From NCBI RefSeq assembly GCF_001194135.2, contig NC_068992.1:7118628-7182627 (forward strand): a stretch of DNA of 64,000 nt, written 5' to 3'. A program made the translations under genes and the position numbers. Below are positions 40,801-53,820 of the stretch, piece after piece. A model generated the notes under the pieces. The model was not told the DNA's origin and ran no database searches. It saw only the letters and a program-made list of their open reading frames with translations. The DNA is from Octopus bimaculoides (taxonomy: Eukaryota). Positions within the stretch are counted from its first letter, which is position 1, and each line of letters begins with the position of its first letter.

Positions 40801-41477
40801 AAAAGACAAGGATAATAATGTTTCTTTGTGTAAGATCTTGAAGCATTTGTCATGAAAAATATTGTAAAATTTTTAAATGTTATACATAATTAATTCATAG
40901 ACAGATATTATCAAACTTAGCTATTTTTAAGTTTCTTTTTCAAATATATGCTGTCAAAAGATTGTGTACCAGAAATTTTCATCTAAAACATTAGAATTAT
41001 TTATTAATATTTGAAATGACATTTTGAAATGATTTATATTTTATTCAATATTTCAAATGACATTTTGAAATGATTTCATTTTTATTTCAGTATTTCATAG
41101 CCTTGCTTTTATAATTGACTAAATTAACTAAATCAATTACCTGTTTCTATCATTAATCTCATTAATCATGCTACTTATCTCTAGTTCTATCTTTCTCATT
41201 TTCATACACACATACATGCACACAGTGTTATAAAGAGTATCTTCAATTAAACATTGTCTAATTGATGATACTCTGTTATCACACTTCCATACAGTTACTG
41301 CTGGATAAGATACAGCTGCATATGCAGGATAATGAAGTGAGGAAGATATTATTGAAATGTTCTAGGTTCGCCATTATCAAGCAAACTCATGATTAAATGC
41401 ATTCCTATTATGACCATCTCAAATACATCGAACCATGTTGCTCAAGGTATCCTTTTTTTTTTTTGTTTCCTAAGATG

Positions 41478-41776
41478 GAATTCAAGACAATCCGCCCCTG
41501 GCAGCTCCTCTATGCTGATGATCTTGCTCTAATAGCTTAGCCACTACCAGAACTAGAGAGGTTTCGGGTGTGGAAGCAAGGTCTAGAATCAAAGGGCCTT
41601 AGAGTCAATCAAGCAAAAACCAAAGTCTTAGTGAGTAGGAAGGCAAACAAATCACAAATCCCTTCCGGTAGACTGCTCTGCTCAATCTGTAGAAAAGCTA
41701 TCGGTAAAAACTCCATAAATGTACCCAGTGTAAGCTGGGGACGCATAAGAGGTGCAGCAATATCAAAGGAAGGTTC
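41478..41776 (+). mobile_element. RTE-clade LINE RT fragment containing YADD
   Basis: EFKTIRPWQLLYADDLALIA*PLPELERFRVWKQGLESKGLRVNQAKTKVLVSRK contains the catalytic YADD and the GL.VN..KTK motif. Confidence 0.9.
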
Positions 41777-44226
41777 AGGCAGCAAACTGGCAGAGATGTT
41801 AGCATGCCGGGTGAAATGCTTAGTGGTATTTGCAAAGTTAATGCTTGCATATTTAATGCAGGGATCATTGAAAAGTTAATTAGATATAATTACACTATGC
41901 AGGAAAAACAATATTGTTTTATTTATTTCAGTATGTGAAACAACATCAGGCATGTTTTGGTGTCATTAAACCTTCTCAGCAAGGCTTAGATTTAGCCATA
42001 TTTGCTGAGTTAATGATGACTCCCTGTGTTTTAGTAGACATTACTGGTTCACTATAACTAAATGTACCTGAAGTCCAAGCATATTTTAAAATAATTAACC
42101 ACTGAGTTTAATTATCCAGAGATTGTGCAGAAAATTGGAATTGACTAATATTTTGTTTTTGTTTTTGTTTTTTCTAATTTAATACTAACGTCACTAAATA
42201 CCTGAAGTTGAGATTAAAAATTTAAAGACTTAAATATATAATTTATAGGTTTTGTTTTTCTTTTTAAGTAAATAAGTTTGTGAGTGCAGTAATTTTCAAA
42301 ACCAATTGTTTGAATAACTTTAGCTAAGTTCATCTGTCAGATAAAACAAATTATAAAAATTGGTTAAAAACATGATATATTTAATATTGTTATTTTATTC
42401 TGTCCCTTTATTTATTATTTAACCATTATGAAATTATCTCTTGGGAAAGATTTAAGAGAAATTTATCTTTTTGAGGTTTAAGAAAAAGTTATCTTTTGGG
42501 GTTTAAGATTAGTTATCAATATTTAAGCTATTTTATAATTGTATATTATTTTCTTGTCAAATTTTCCCTCCAAATCGATAAATACTTTGAATATCTATGA
42601 CATTAGTAGTTGTGGTAATATAACAAAATCATGAAGAAAAAATATATATTTATCAATAACAACTACAAAAACAAATAAAATGAAAACATTGAATTAATCA
42701 TTAGTTTTTAAAAATTCAGAAAATTTTGATAATTTTGCATCTGAAAGTTTTTAAAAAAACTAAAATTAGTTGACATAGCTGTTTATTAATATGCTAAGAG
42801 ATAATGGATCATTTGAGGATTCCATCTGATTACTTGTCAAATGTTATATAAGCTGAACTTCACAAATCAAAATTCTAAAACTTCTAGGGGGTTTTTTATC
42901 TGTAGAAATGTAAAATATTAAGTTATTAAAATATAGTTCATGATACAGAAACATTTTTTTTTCTTTTTCACTTTCTGTCTGAAAAAAGTTATTGGGTTCA
43001 AAAAACTAGAAAATATGAGCAAAAATTGCCAAAAAAAGCAAGAATTATTTGTTGTTGTTGTTGTTTAGTTGTAGACCAACTTCACTCAAGCAAGCAGTCA
43101 TCTTCATCATCATCATCATCATTCAGTGCCCTTGTTCCATGCTGGCATGAGATGGACAGTTTGGCAGGATCCAGTGTGTCGAATGATAGTATCGAGCTCC
43201 AGTGTCTGCTTTGGCATGCGTTTTACGGCTGAATGCCCTTCCTAATGCAGAGTAGTATGGATGGGGTGCCTTCTCTGTGCCACCTGCACTGTAGAGGTCA
43301 CCATGCAATTTGTAAGACTACAAGCCACGGGGTAGGTGGCAAGGTCATATTCATGCTGTGGGATGAGGGGATTACTATGAGAGAGGTAGGCAGAGCGGTT
43401 TCCTGTAGAGGGATCAGCATGGCTACACATATCTAGTAGGGGTAGAGGTGAGGAAAGAAAGAGAAAATGATCAGTAGCCACTGCAAGACATGGATAATAA
43501 CAATAAGGTACCCAGGTGGCCCCACAAGGTACAAACCAAGTAGAAGTGGGTGGGTAGCTTGCGAGATTGTAGGGAAAGAAGGGTAGGGAGGCAGACTTCC
43601 AAAATGGGTAGGATTTGAAGAGTGGATGAGACAAGAGACATGAACTGGGAAAGATAGATGGATGCAAAAGCATGGGTGGGAGTAGTAAAGATGATGCAAT
43701 TGTTGAAGGAGGAGGGACAAGAGAGGGGGAGGGGAAGAAGTTCTCTATAAAGGAGTTTTACCCTGTGTAAATATTTTAATATAAGACTATCAACTGCTCT
43801 CAAGCGCCTTAATCTATTGCTCAATTCAACACTGCTATTATTGGGACCTTGGGTACTCTAAGCAAAATCCATTCTGTTAAAAGCATTCAAATCAAGTCCC
43901 TAGTTTCTGGTTTCTTCCTGTCTTCTCCAGTCTCAGTTCAATGGCCCTGAAAAAAGTTATAGTACTGGATTTCTTCCTCCTCCAAGAACAGGAAAAAATA
44001 TTAGAGATGTATAATTAATAGTTCCACAATCAATTTTAGGAGAAATTCTGTATGGACTGTGGACAACGTGTTTCCTTTTTCTTTTTTTCTTTGTAAATGA
44101 TAATGGTGGATATTGTAATTGGAATATTCTCAACACAGAAATATAGAAGTACAGATTTCATGTGCATCTCAACTGTGACACAAAGAGTGTGTATCCTGTT
44201 GTCTTTCTTCAGGAAAGACATATCTT

Positions 44227-44264
<38 letters not shown>

Positions 44265-45539
44265 AACCAGCGTATAGAATATCATAAAACATTAAGGAGT
44301 AAAACAGAGTTTGCTACATCATCTATCATAACTGGATATTATATTACAATAACTGAAAATGTCCCAGTGTCTTGTATCTTATTTGTAGTTTAATGACCTA
44401 TGAAGACCAATCTGTTATTGCCAAATTCTTTAGAAGTTGCCACGGCACCAGTTTTTGGTGAGAAAATCTACCACTTCCATGGTTTTATATAAGAATACAC
44501 ACACACACACATATACCTGTATACGGAATCATACATCCAATTTCCTAAGAATATATTGGGTTGGCCAAGTTTCATAGCATCTCATCTCCTGCTGCAGTCC
44601 TTTATCATCTGGCACACAGCAACAGAATAAACTGCCAAACTCTGTGTATGTCAAACACACACACACATATTTAAATGAATGCTAATAAGGCCTTATAGTC
44701 TTATATCAGTTTATATAAATTGTCCACTGTATTGGTCAATATTTTGGCATAAAGTTCTATATACATAATCTAGAAAGCAAAACAATAATGACCAGAAATA
44801 ACAAAGAAATTAAAAGTAATAGGAGGGGAAGTGTTACATATTGCTCAATTAAAGAATTTTCACTATAGGAGAAGGAAGACAGAAAGGATGTAATAAAAGA
44901 TAGACAAGCATTTACACTACTACAGTGTTAAAGTGAAGACAACTGTCTATAATGAAACATCTGTAGTATTTAAGAGAGAGAGAGAGATGGGAGGTTGATG
45001 TTGTTCAATTTTTGGAAGATTTGGTCAACGATGCTTGTTTAGATATTTTACATTACAAAAGCATTTTGAAGATTCTTTAGTTTAGCAACATGTAACACCT
45101 GAAGTACTGTTATTTTTAAAATTCATTCATTACTCTCATTCTTTTGCATGTGTTATTATTGTTTGCATTGTTTTCTTTGGTATGAATATAGCACTTATTA
45201 TGTCTAAATATCAGTAGATACTATGGACTCTTTATATATTTTAATATACATACTTGACTATTTAGCAGTACTTTTAAACATTCCATAACATACATTTCAT
45301 ATATAGATAGACAGACAAACAGATGGATAGATATTCATATATATGGCACTGTATTATTACAATGTCACTCTATAAGATAATAGCTTTAATGAGGAAATTT
45401 TTTTATTTGGAGTAACCATGAAAACTGCAAATCCAGAAAGGGGAGTATTGTATGGTCCAATGTAAAAGCCGACATAGCTAGAAGGTGCTTAACATTATTG
45501 TTGTTGTTATTGCTGCTGTTGTTGCTGTTGCTGTTGTTG

Positions 45540-45753
45540 TGGCAGTGACCAGACAGAATTGTTAGCATGCCAGGCAAAATGCTTAACAGTATTTCATCCA
45601 TTCGTATGATCTGGGTTCAAATTCCATTGAGGTTGACTTTGCCTTTCATCCTTTCAGGAGCAATGAAATAAGCACCAGCTATGCACTGGGGTTGATATAA
45701 TCAACTATGCCCCCTCCTCCAATATTTCAAGCCTTGTGCCTATAATAGAAAGG

Positions 45754-45755
<2 letters not shown>
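45540..45755 (+). mobile_element. Family C SINE
   Basis: Head ...cagacagaattgttagcatgcc, gggttcaaattcc and tail tataatagaaaggatt running into (ATT)n. Confidence 0.8.
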
Positions 45756-45839
<84 letters not shown>

Positions 45840-45859
45840 CATTATTATTATTATTATTA

Positions 45860-45938
<79 letters not shown>

Positions 45939-46315
45939 NNNNNNNNNNNNNNNNNNNNNNNNNNNNNNNNNNNNNNNNNNNNNNNNNNNNNNNNNNNNNN
46001 NNNNNNNNNNNNNNNNNNNNNNNNNNNNNNNNNNNNNNNNNNNNNNNNNNNNNNNNNNNNNNNNNNNNNNNNNNNNNNNNNNNNNNNNNNNNNNNNNNNN
46101 NNNNNNNNNNNNNNNNNNNNNNNNNNNNNNNNNNNNNNNNNNNNNNNNNNNNNNNNNNNNNNNNNNNNNNNNNNNNNNNNNNNNNNNNNNNNNNNNNNNN
46201 NNNNNNNNNNNNNNNNNNNNNNNNNNNNNNNNNNNNNNNNNNNNNNNNNNNNNNNNNNNNNNNNNNNNNNNNNNNNNNNNNNNNNNNNNNNNNNNNNNNN
46301 NNNNNNNNNNNNNNN

Positions 46316-46392
<77 letters not shown>

Positions 46393-46420
46393 CATTATTA
46401 TTATTATTATTATTATTATT
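45755..46420. repeat. Long (ATT)n array with gap at 45939-46315
   Basis: Directly visible. The true length is unknown because of the gap. Confidence 0.95.
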
Positions 46421-48281
46421 AAGGTGGCCAGCTGGCAGAATCGTTAGCACACTGGACGAAATGCTTGGCAGCACTTTGTCTCTACATCCTGAGTACAGAT
46501 TCCGCCAATAGTAGCGTAAGTGATTGGACTGTGGCCATACCTCTGCATATATATTCAGATATTCCTCTTCCCTATAAAAAAAAATACAAAGGTATACTGT
46601 GCACATCAAGTAATTTGTTTTGTAGGCATAAACAATTAGCCCAAAATAATTGCTTGCTATCCCAGATTCTTTTTGGCTACCAAATATTACTTATATAAAA
46701 TACATTTTTCCTCCAATTCTAATGCATCCATTCACTCTTGTTTACCATACTTTCTATTTTCACATCCAAATAGCTGTTACATGCTTTAACAAAGCTAAGC
46801 AAAATATAAGATCTATTTTAGTATGTGTTTTTCAACTGATATGGCACGTTTCAAAGCATTTTTAGACTCTAATGTGGTTAATTCAAAATTACAGCTATTG
46901 AATTTTTTTATCTTGTATGCTTTTAACACTAAATGATATCGGTGATATCAAAAAAAAAAGAGAGAGAGAGAGGAAGGAAAAACATTCAAAATGTCTTACA
47001 TTATATACTTAAAGTATTCTATATTTATCAAATATCTAAATTTGTTTATGTTCCTGTTATTCTTGGCATGATAAGATGAAAAAAGAAAAAGAAACAATCA
47101 AACTGTATTTAATTGACCTTATTAGATACCAATTATAAATAAATTGATACAAGTCGGGATAAATTTAACTTGCAAGATAAACTTCCTGTAGAAATCAAAT
47201 TATTTCTGAAGGAATTTATTTTTATATTTGAGAAATTTAACTGAAACTGAAGACAGTAAAAAATTCTTTTTTAAATATAATTTAAAATAAAATGGATCCT
47301 GAGAAATTCCTGTGAAATTATGTTACTTTATCACTGAAGCATTTATACCTGTATATCAGCAGCAACAGCAGTAGTGGCAGTAGCATTGCTTATATGTTTC
47401 TTCATAAAAACATCATTGTAGAGGCATTTCTTAATTTATCCATATCTGGTATGAAGTTGGGATCCAAGCTTGGCACATGCCAGTGAGAGAGAGCCTCTAC
47501 ATGTTTGCTTGACCTGTTAGAAATAGCTTGGAAAAAAAAAAAAGATGGAACAGCTGTATCTAGAACTCCTTTAATCATAAGTCTGCTTAACAAAAGCCAG
47601 CCTAAGGTTGGTTATTCAATGACAAAACTATTTGGTATTGGTGTTGTAAAAGAAAATATGGTAGAGTAAGGATGTGTTAGATAATGCTCCAAGAGCTGTT
47701 ATCAACAAAGGGTGTCTTTATCCATGCAATGCTCTCTCATATCAGATCCCTGCTATCTTCAAAAACAGAAAGACACGCTAAGTAATGTAATCCTAGATAT
47801 GCTGGGACAGCATGGATAGAATCCTCATTCAGGAATGGTTTAGAGCTAAACAATAATAATAACTTAGTTTTGACACTGTTATTGGTCTGATATTAGTTTT
47901 CAATTATTTATTGGTTTGGCAATTGCTTCTTTTGTATATGTTAGGATCTCAATAAACTGGATACTAGAAAACCATTTTTAAGAAGTGGCATTGCTCAGTG
48001 ACCCATGCTTAGTGCTTTTGTTCATGGTTTCCTAGTTGTTGTTAATTAACCCCAGTTAGTTCTAATTGAAGAGACTTATGATCGAAAGAACTACAAGTAT
48101 AACTATCATGTTTCTCATTCAGGCATAAGAGTACATTAACCAATATATTTTCCCTTAATTGTGTGTTTGAGATAGATTTCTGTTTCTAGCAAGTGAAATG
48201 ACAACATGCGTTTTCCTCTAGCCTCAAGACAACCAATACTCTGTGAGCGAATCTGGTTGACAGAAGCTAAGTGGATGCCTG

Positions 48282-48283
<2 letters not shown>

Positions 48284-48351
<68 letters not shown>
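48284..48351. repeat. (AT)n microsatellite
   Basis: Directly visible. Confidence 0.95.
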
Positions 48352-48355
<4 letters not shown>

Positions 48356-50091
48356 GCATGTATGTGTGCTTGCGTTTGTCCCTCACCACCAATAGACAAA
48401 TAGTGTTGGTTTGTTTATGTCACCTTCACTTAGCAATTTAAGCAAGAGAGATCAATAGAATGTGTATCAGACATTAAAAAATCAGTACTGAGTGCAATTC
48501 ATTCAAGGAAACCCTTCAAAGCAGTGCTCCAGCATGGTCACATTCCAATGGCTAAAATAAAAGATAGTAAATGAACATAAACATGTTGAATGATATATTC
48601 TTACACTTATGTTGACACATACACACATTCCATGCATATGTATACACAGATGGAGACATTTAAAATACATAATTGAAGGCAATTAATATAGAAACACAGA
48701 CAAGCATGTACTACACACAAACATCTACAAATTTACATATATTCATTCAGTAATACATTTTTTTTACATATTTTCATAATTTTCCTTTTTTTCTCTCTCT
48801 CTTTTTCTCTTTCTCTATTGAGAATTAAAGCCTTCAAATACCAATTAATTTGTAATGAACTCATTAAATTCTAACTCATTTCTAATGAATCTTTTTGAAC
48901 ATATTAGAAAAGTATTTTATACTCCATACCCTTCTAATATTTTACAAAGATTATTTTCATGTTGGTTGGTTGCTGTCAACTTGACATCTTTCCATTGTAA
49001 ACAATTCCTGTTTTCTGTAGTTTCCTTATAAATATAATTCTATTATTTCATGCACGTTTCCTGGGATTGTGCTTACAGAATTTCTTGTTATGAGAAACCA
49101 ACTTTTCTGTTATGTTTGTGACGGTTCTCTTGGCTTGACATCCTATAAGAATAAATTCAGTCTTTGTATATTTTTATTCATTCATTCATTCATTCATTTA
49201 TTTATTTTCTTCATCTTAACTAGACCACAGATTTACTTGAATTTTTGATAATTTTTACATTGAAATACAGAATTCAAAAAGTCTCTATTTCTGTTTTGTT
49301 GTGCATTATCTGCATCACATTTTATTTTTAAAATTCTTAGAGATTCTTATAGATATATCTCTGGACCCAGTTTATCCTCAGTTCTTGGATGCTTTTGAAA
49401 TAATTTACATGTTTGTTGTTTTATTTATTTTTTTTTTTTCTTAATCATTATTGCATCTATTTCTCATGTATCTGCCCATATTTCATATTTTAATGATGAT
49501 TCATTTACAACATAAAACTATTATTTACATTTACCATTGTTTCTAAATAAAGGTTCTGACTTCATTTGGATTCTGAGTCTTGAAATTAGCCATTCATCCT
49601 TGAAATAATACTTTTTATTTCAACTGGACTGTAACATTACTCAAAGCCATTTTCTTTCTATGACGCCTACTCCAAATTTGAACCAAAGACAATGCAGACA
49701 ACAACGTCATTCCCTTTTAATTCAAAGACAATTTTATCCGGCCTTTTCAGTATGAAGAACACTAACTGTTATTATGGACCAGTCATTTTAATAAGCATAA
49801 GGAAACTTTTGTGTGGTCACTTGACCTATAACAAATAGCAACTAAATATCCATCAAATTACATCTTACTGTCATAAAAAAAAGCAGACACTGATCAAGGC
49901 AATCTTGATGTATTCATGAATAGAATACCTGTGGTTTACTTATTTAGAGCTAACCTGAAGGAAAACAACAGTTGCAATCTTTTTACTACCAACTGCTTTC
50001 TCTGATGCATTGCAAGTGGCTACACACATTCACAACAGTGACCAGATGTCATTTTTGCATACCTTCTTAAAATTCCTAAACATACATTCAT

Positions 50092-50301
50092 CATCATCAT
50101 CGTTGTTTAACGTCCGCTTTCCATATTAGCATGGGTTGGACGATTTGACTGAGGACTGGTGGACCAGGAGGCGACACCAGGCTCCAATCTGATTTGGCNN
50201 NNNNNNNNGAGGACTGGTGGACCAGGAGGCGACACCAGGCTCCAATCTGATTTGGCAGAGTTTCTACAGCTGGATGCCCTTCCTAACGCCAATGCCCTTC
50301 C
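50092..50301 (-). mobile_element. Family B retroposon with assembly gap at 50199-50208
   Basis: (cat)n followed by gtttaacgtccgctttcc...tggatgcccttcctaacgcc. The 48 bp at 50151-50198 are repeated after the gap. Confidence 0.85.
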
Positions 50302-50687
50302 TAATGCTATATTTTTTTTTCTGCAAAATAGGGGTAGTTTATCCTGTTCAGGCTATATTATAAGCATTATCCTGTGTTTGAGAATTTTAAATCACTTCTT
50401 TAACTTTCTAAGACAACTCAACATTTCTAAAAGCAAACTTAGTTTGTTTGTTCACGTTCATCGTAATTTGAATTTAATATATATATATATATATGCACAT
50501 GTTTGTACGATATGTAGGAATGTTTATATTATGTATTAGTTACTGTTTTTATTATGTCATTCCCTCGGTATTCTCAATTTTAGCCTTCTCTGAAGAGACT
50601 ATTAATTAAGATATACTCATAAAATCATTGCAAAATATTTGAAGATGTTAATGATGAACATATTTTATATAATATTGTTTATTTATA

Positions 50688-50773
50688 TCTTTCTTCTCTA
50701 TTTTTCAGGTAAGCACCTTTTCTGAAACATTATTAAGACTGTTGCTTGAAGTGAGAACCATAGAAAGGTATGC
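50688..50773 (+). other. Strong 3' splice site fused to a 5' splice site (CAG|GTAAGC), with a second donor 59 nt downstream; candidate exon 50709-50767
   Basis: 18 of 19 nt at 50688-50706 are pyrimidines, then AG|GTAAGC. A downstream AAG|GTATGC is at 50768. The phase-0 frame is open and reads VSTFSETLLRLLLEVRTIE. Confidence 0.35.
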
Positions 50774-51516
50774 ATTTTCTTTAACAGCAGACTTGATATT
50801 AAAAAAAAAAATAATTGATGCTAATTGATCTTATAACTCTTTTAATACAATTCCTCATGTCACATTTTCAAGAATTTCCCCCTTCACTTCAGTTTAATTT
50901 TCTGCAGATTATATTCCTTATTTTCCATCATTTGTTCAATGACAGCATGAGTGGGATGATGCTTTGCAAGTCTATATATTTACTATCAGAATATTTGGGT
51001 TAATTACTTACCTGAGAAGGAAAATTAAATTCTATTGTCAGCTAGATAAGGTTAGACAAAGTAAGCAGAAGATATTACTTTGTCCAGAGAACAACACAAA
51101 CAAAAAGGTTGTAGTTAGAGCTGAATCAATAACCAATTTGTTGGGAATACATCATCTAAATTACACAAGTGTTGTACTTTTGTACTAGTTTCTCGTAGTT
51201 AATATATTTATCAATAATTTCACAATACTTACCTCAAGTCAATGGATGAGTCTCCATGTTGCTGCTTGCTTGGATAGATTTAGCAATTTCCTTTCAAATT
51301 TAGAAAAATTTTAAGAAGGAAATTTCAGAATTCTTTCAAAGATTACAATAACATCTATTTAAAAAAAAAAGAAAAAACAGGAAATCCCACCTAGTAACTA
51401 TTTGGCTGACTAGATGTGTATAATTGTTCAGCTTCAACGGAGATAAACTGTGGGCATAGAGTAACAATTTGTGTCTATAATTTCTACACATGTTCACTAT
51501 TCCAAAATCTCTCTCT

Positions 51517-51564
<48 letters not shown>

Positions 51565-51705
51565 AGAGAGGAGAATTTGTTTTTGAAAAATACACTTGAA
51601 TTTGAAAAACTTGTAATTGTTTTTAAATAAATTTATTTACATACATACCAAACTAGTTTCAACAATTTTTGGTTTATCAATGGTATAAACGTATTATCTA
51701 AATAT

Positions 51706-51990
51706 ATCGAAATGAAATTTGGTAAGTCCAAATGTGCAAAAGGTTGCAAGTAGCTAGATGGCATTAAAGACCAAAACCATAACAGGAATAAATCACATCA
51801 AAAGTTTGGCATGATGTACCAACAAGTTTATGATGCAGTTTCATACCTATTAATATTGGAGCAACAGGATATCTACCAATCCAGCTGGAGCAAATTATAG
51901 CCAAACTTGGATTCTTTGGGAGTGAATTCATATACTCCAAATGATCATGATATTTGGGATATAAAAAACTGCAATATCTTCTTAAGATAT
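51706..51990 (+). mobile_element. Possible internally deleted R4/Dong remnant
   Basis: IEMKFGKSKCA (cf. IGMEFG..KCA) followed by IPINIGATG (cf. IP.IIGALG). Confidence 0.35.
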
Positions 51991-52979
51991 AAAGGATGAT
52001 ATCTAAAAGAAATTGCTTTCCTGCACAACCCTCTTGCTAAGTAGGTGGCTAGTTAACTCTAAATTAAATAGAGATAAAGAAAACGTGCGTATGTGTTAGC
52101 GTTTACGTTTTGCAAAATCCTTCAACTTTTGTTTAAAAAGCAATTATTTTTCTATGATGCTTAGTCATTCAACTGACTACCTATGTGTCATAGATCTAAG
52201 TATATATTTATTTTATTTCTAAGTAAAATAAATATATAAATTTCATATTTAACAACCTTGCTGTGTATTCTAATACTAAAGCTAGTAACTAGGGTATTAA
52301 AAATCGCCATTGAATATCAGATAAAAGTAATAAAACTTAAAATCTCTCCTAAAATTTTATATTTCTTATGTCATCTAAGTTATTTTTATTACATTCTCTT
52401 AAAACAAATAAATTAAAATGAGAATCCTTTAATCACAAAATATTTAATCAATTTTCAGTATTTTACTCCAAATAATTATAATTCAATGCACACGGAATTG
52501 CTTCAGTAGTAACAGTTTTTGTATTTGGAATGGAATCTTAATATATTTTCCTGTTTTTTAATACACATATCTTATAAACATCACAAAGGTAAATAGACAC
52601 CATAGTTTTTGAATGATTTGAAGGCCACAGGTTCTCAGACTATGACAGCTGAAGACACATTTTCAATTTTATCAAATCTAGATAAACTTTCGCTATAGAA
52701 TTGGATGGACTAACTTCCAATATATTTCAGTATTATTGTTGTTCTTCTTCTTTATGTCTAGCTCAGTTTTTATCAAGCAGTGCACAAAGTAGATCTGTCT
52801 AGTTTTTGTTGTTTAGTCTCAGGTTAACTTGAATTGAACCTGAGCAGAGCTATGGTCAATGGCATTTTAGTTCTGACTATCTTAGCCTCTTTCTTTTTTC
52901 TTTAGATGTAGTGTTTTTAAGACAGCAGGATATAGTTTGGGAAAGATTTAGTTGCCATATACAGTTGGTTATAAGCTGC

Positions 52980-53290
52980 ACTAGTTGATATGCATTGGTT
53001 TATTATGAGATGAGCAGTGTAGTAGTCCATTTGGGTTTGTTTTATGCTAGTATCAAGTGTCTATCTTTACCTGGAGGTTCTAGTGTCAGCCGTTGTAGAG
53101 ATTTCAAGATGGATTTGGTGAGATTTCATCAGTTGTCGTACTTTTGAGAATGTACTTCAGGGATGTATTGTTGTTTCTTTGTGTTGACCTAATTTGAAAA
53201 TGATGTGTTTCTTAAGTGTTTTCTATATTTTGTCTGTTATGGATAAAGTTCCATAAATTCTTCTCCAAAAGGGTTTAGCAATAAAAGTTC
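52980..53290 (-). mobile_element. Possible Penelope-like element remnant (RT/GIY-YIG linker)
   Basis: TDKI*KTLKKHIIF...HQIHLE resembles TDKI..IL.KH.I...KD.I.LE. It is heavily decayed. Confidence 0.35.
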
Positions 53291-53443
53291 TACTTAGGGA
53301 TTCCTTTCTTAAGATAAGCTAATCCTTTTTCAAAAATGGATTAGATTCCTTGACAGATGGCCAGACTGGGATATTATATCAAACCACACAAAGAGGCTCG
53401 CATAAAATGGTACACATGTAAACAGCATCATACCCTCTGGATT

Positions 53444-53820
53444 GTGGAGGCGCAATGGTCCAGTGGTTAGGGCAGCGGACTCGTGGTCATAGGATCGCGG
53501 TTTCGATTCCCAGACCGGGTGTTGTGTTTATTGAGCGAAAACACCTAAAGCTCCACGAGGCTCTGGCAGGGGATGGTGGCGAACCCTGCTGTACTCTTCC
53601 ACCACAACTTTCTCTCACTCTTTCTTCTTGTTTCTGTTGTGCCTGTAATTCAAAGGGTCAGCCTTGTCACACTGTGTCATGCTGAATAACCCCGAGAACT
53701 ACGTTAAGGGTACACGTGTCTGTGGAGTGCTCAGCCACTTGCAAGTTAATTTCACGAGCAGGCTGTTCTGTTGATCGGATCAACTGGAACCCTCGACGTT
53801 GTATGCGACGGAGTGCCAAC
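53444..53820 (+). mobile_element. Apparently full-length tRNA-derived SINE (377 bp) with perfect 23-bp TSD
   Basis: A-box-like tggtccagtggttagg, B-box-like ggtttcgattcc and an (AAC) tail. aacagcatcataccctctggatt occurs at 53421-53443 and 53821-53843. Confidence 0.92.

Noticed and set aside
43471-43930. Possible CR1/L2 fragment (ORF 43471..43824)
   Set aside because: No diagnostic motif could be aligned, and most of the ORF is the complement of a purine-rich low-complexity repeat.
45727-46609. The longest ORFs in the track (222-228 aa; poly-I, poly-N, poly-Y)
   Set aside because: Translations of (ATT)n plus N-gap.
50151-50256. 48-bp duplication across the 10-N gap inside a family B copy
   Set aside because: Same assembly artefact as above.
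53447-53520. tRNA-like sequence
   Set aside because: It has A/B boxes, but I cannot fold a cloverleaf, and it continues into a SINE body bounded by a TSD. The same applies to the degenerate head near 59755.
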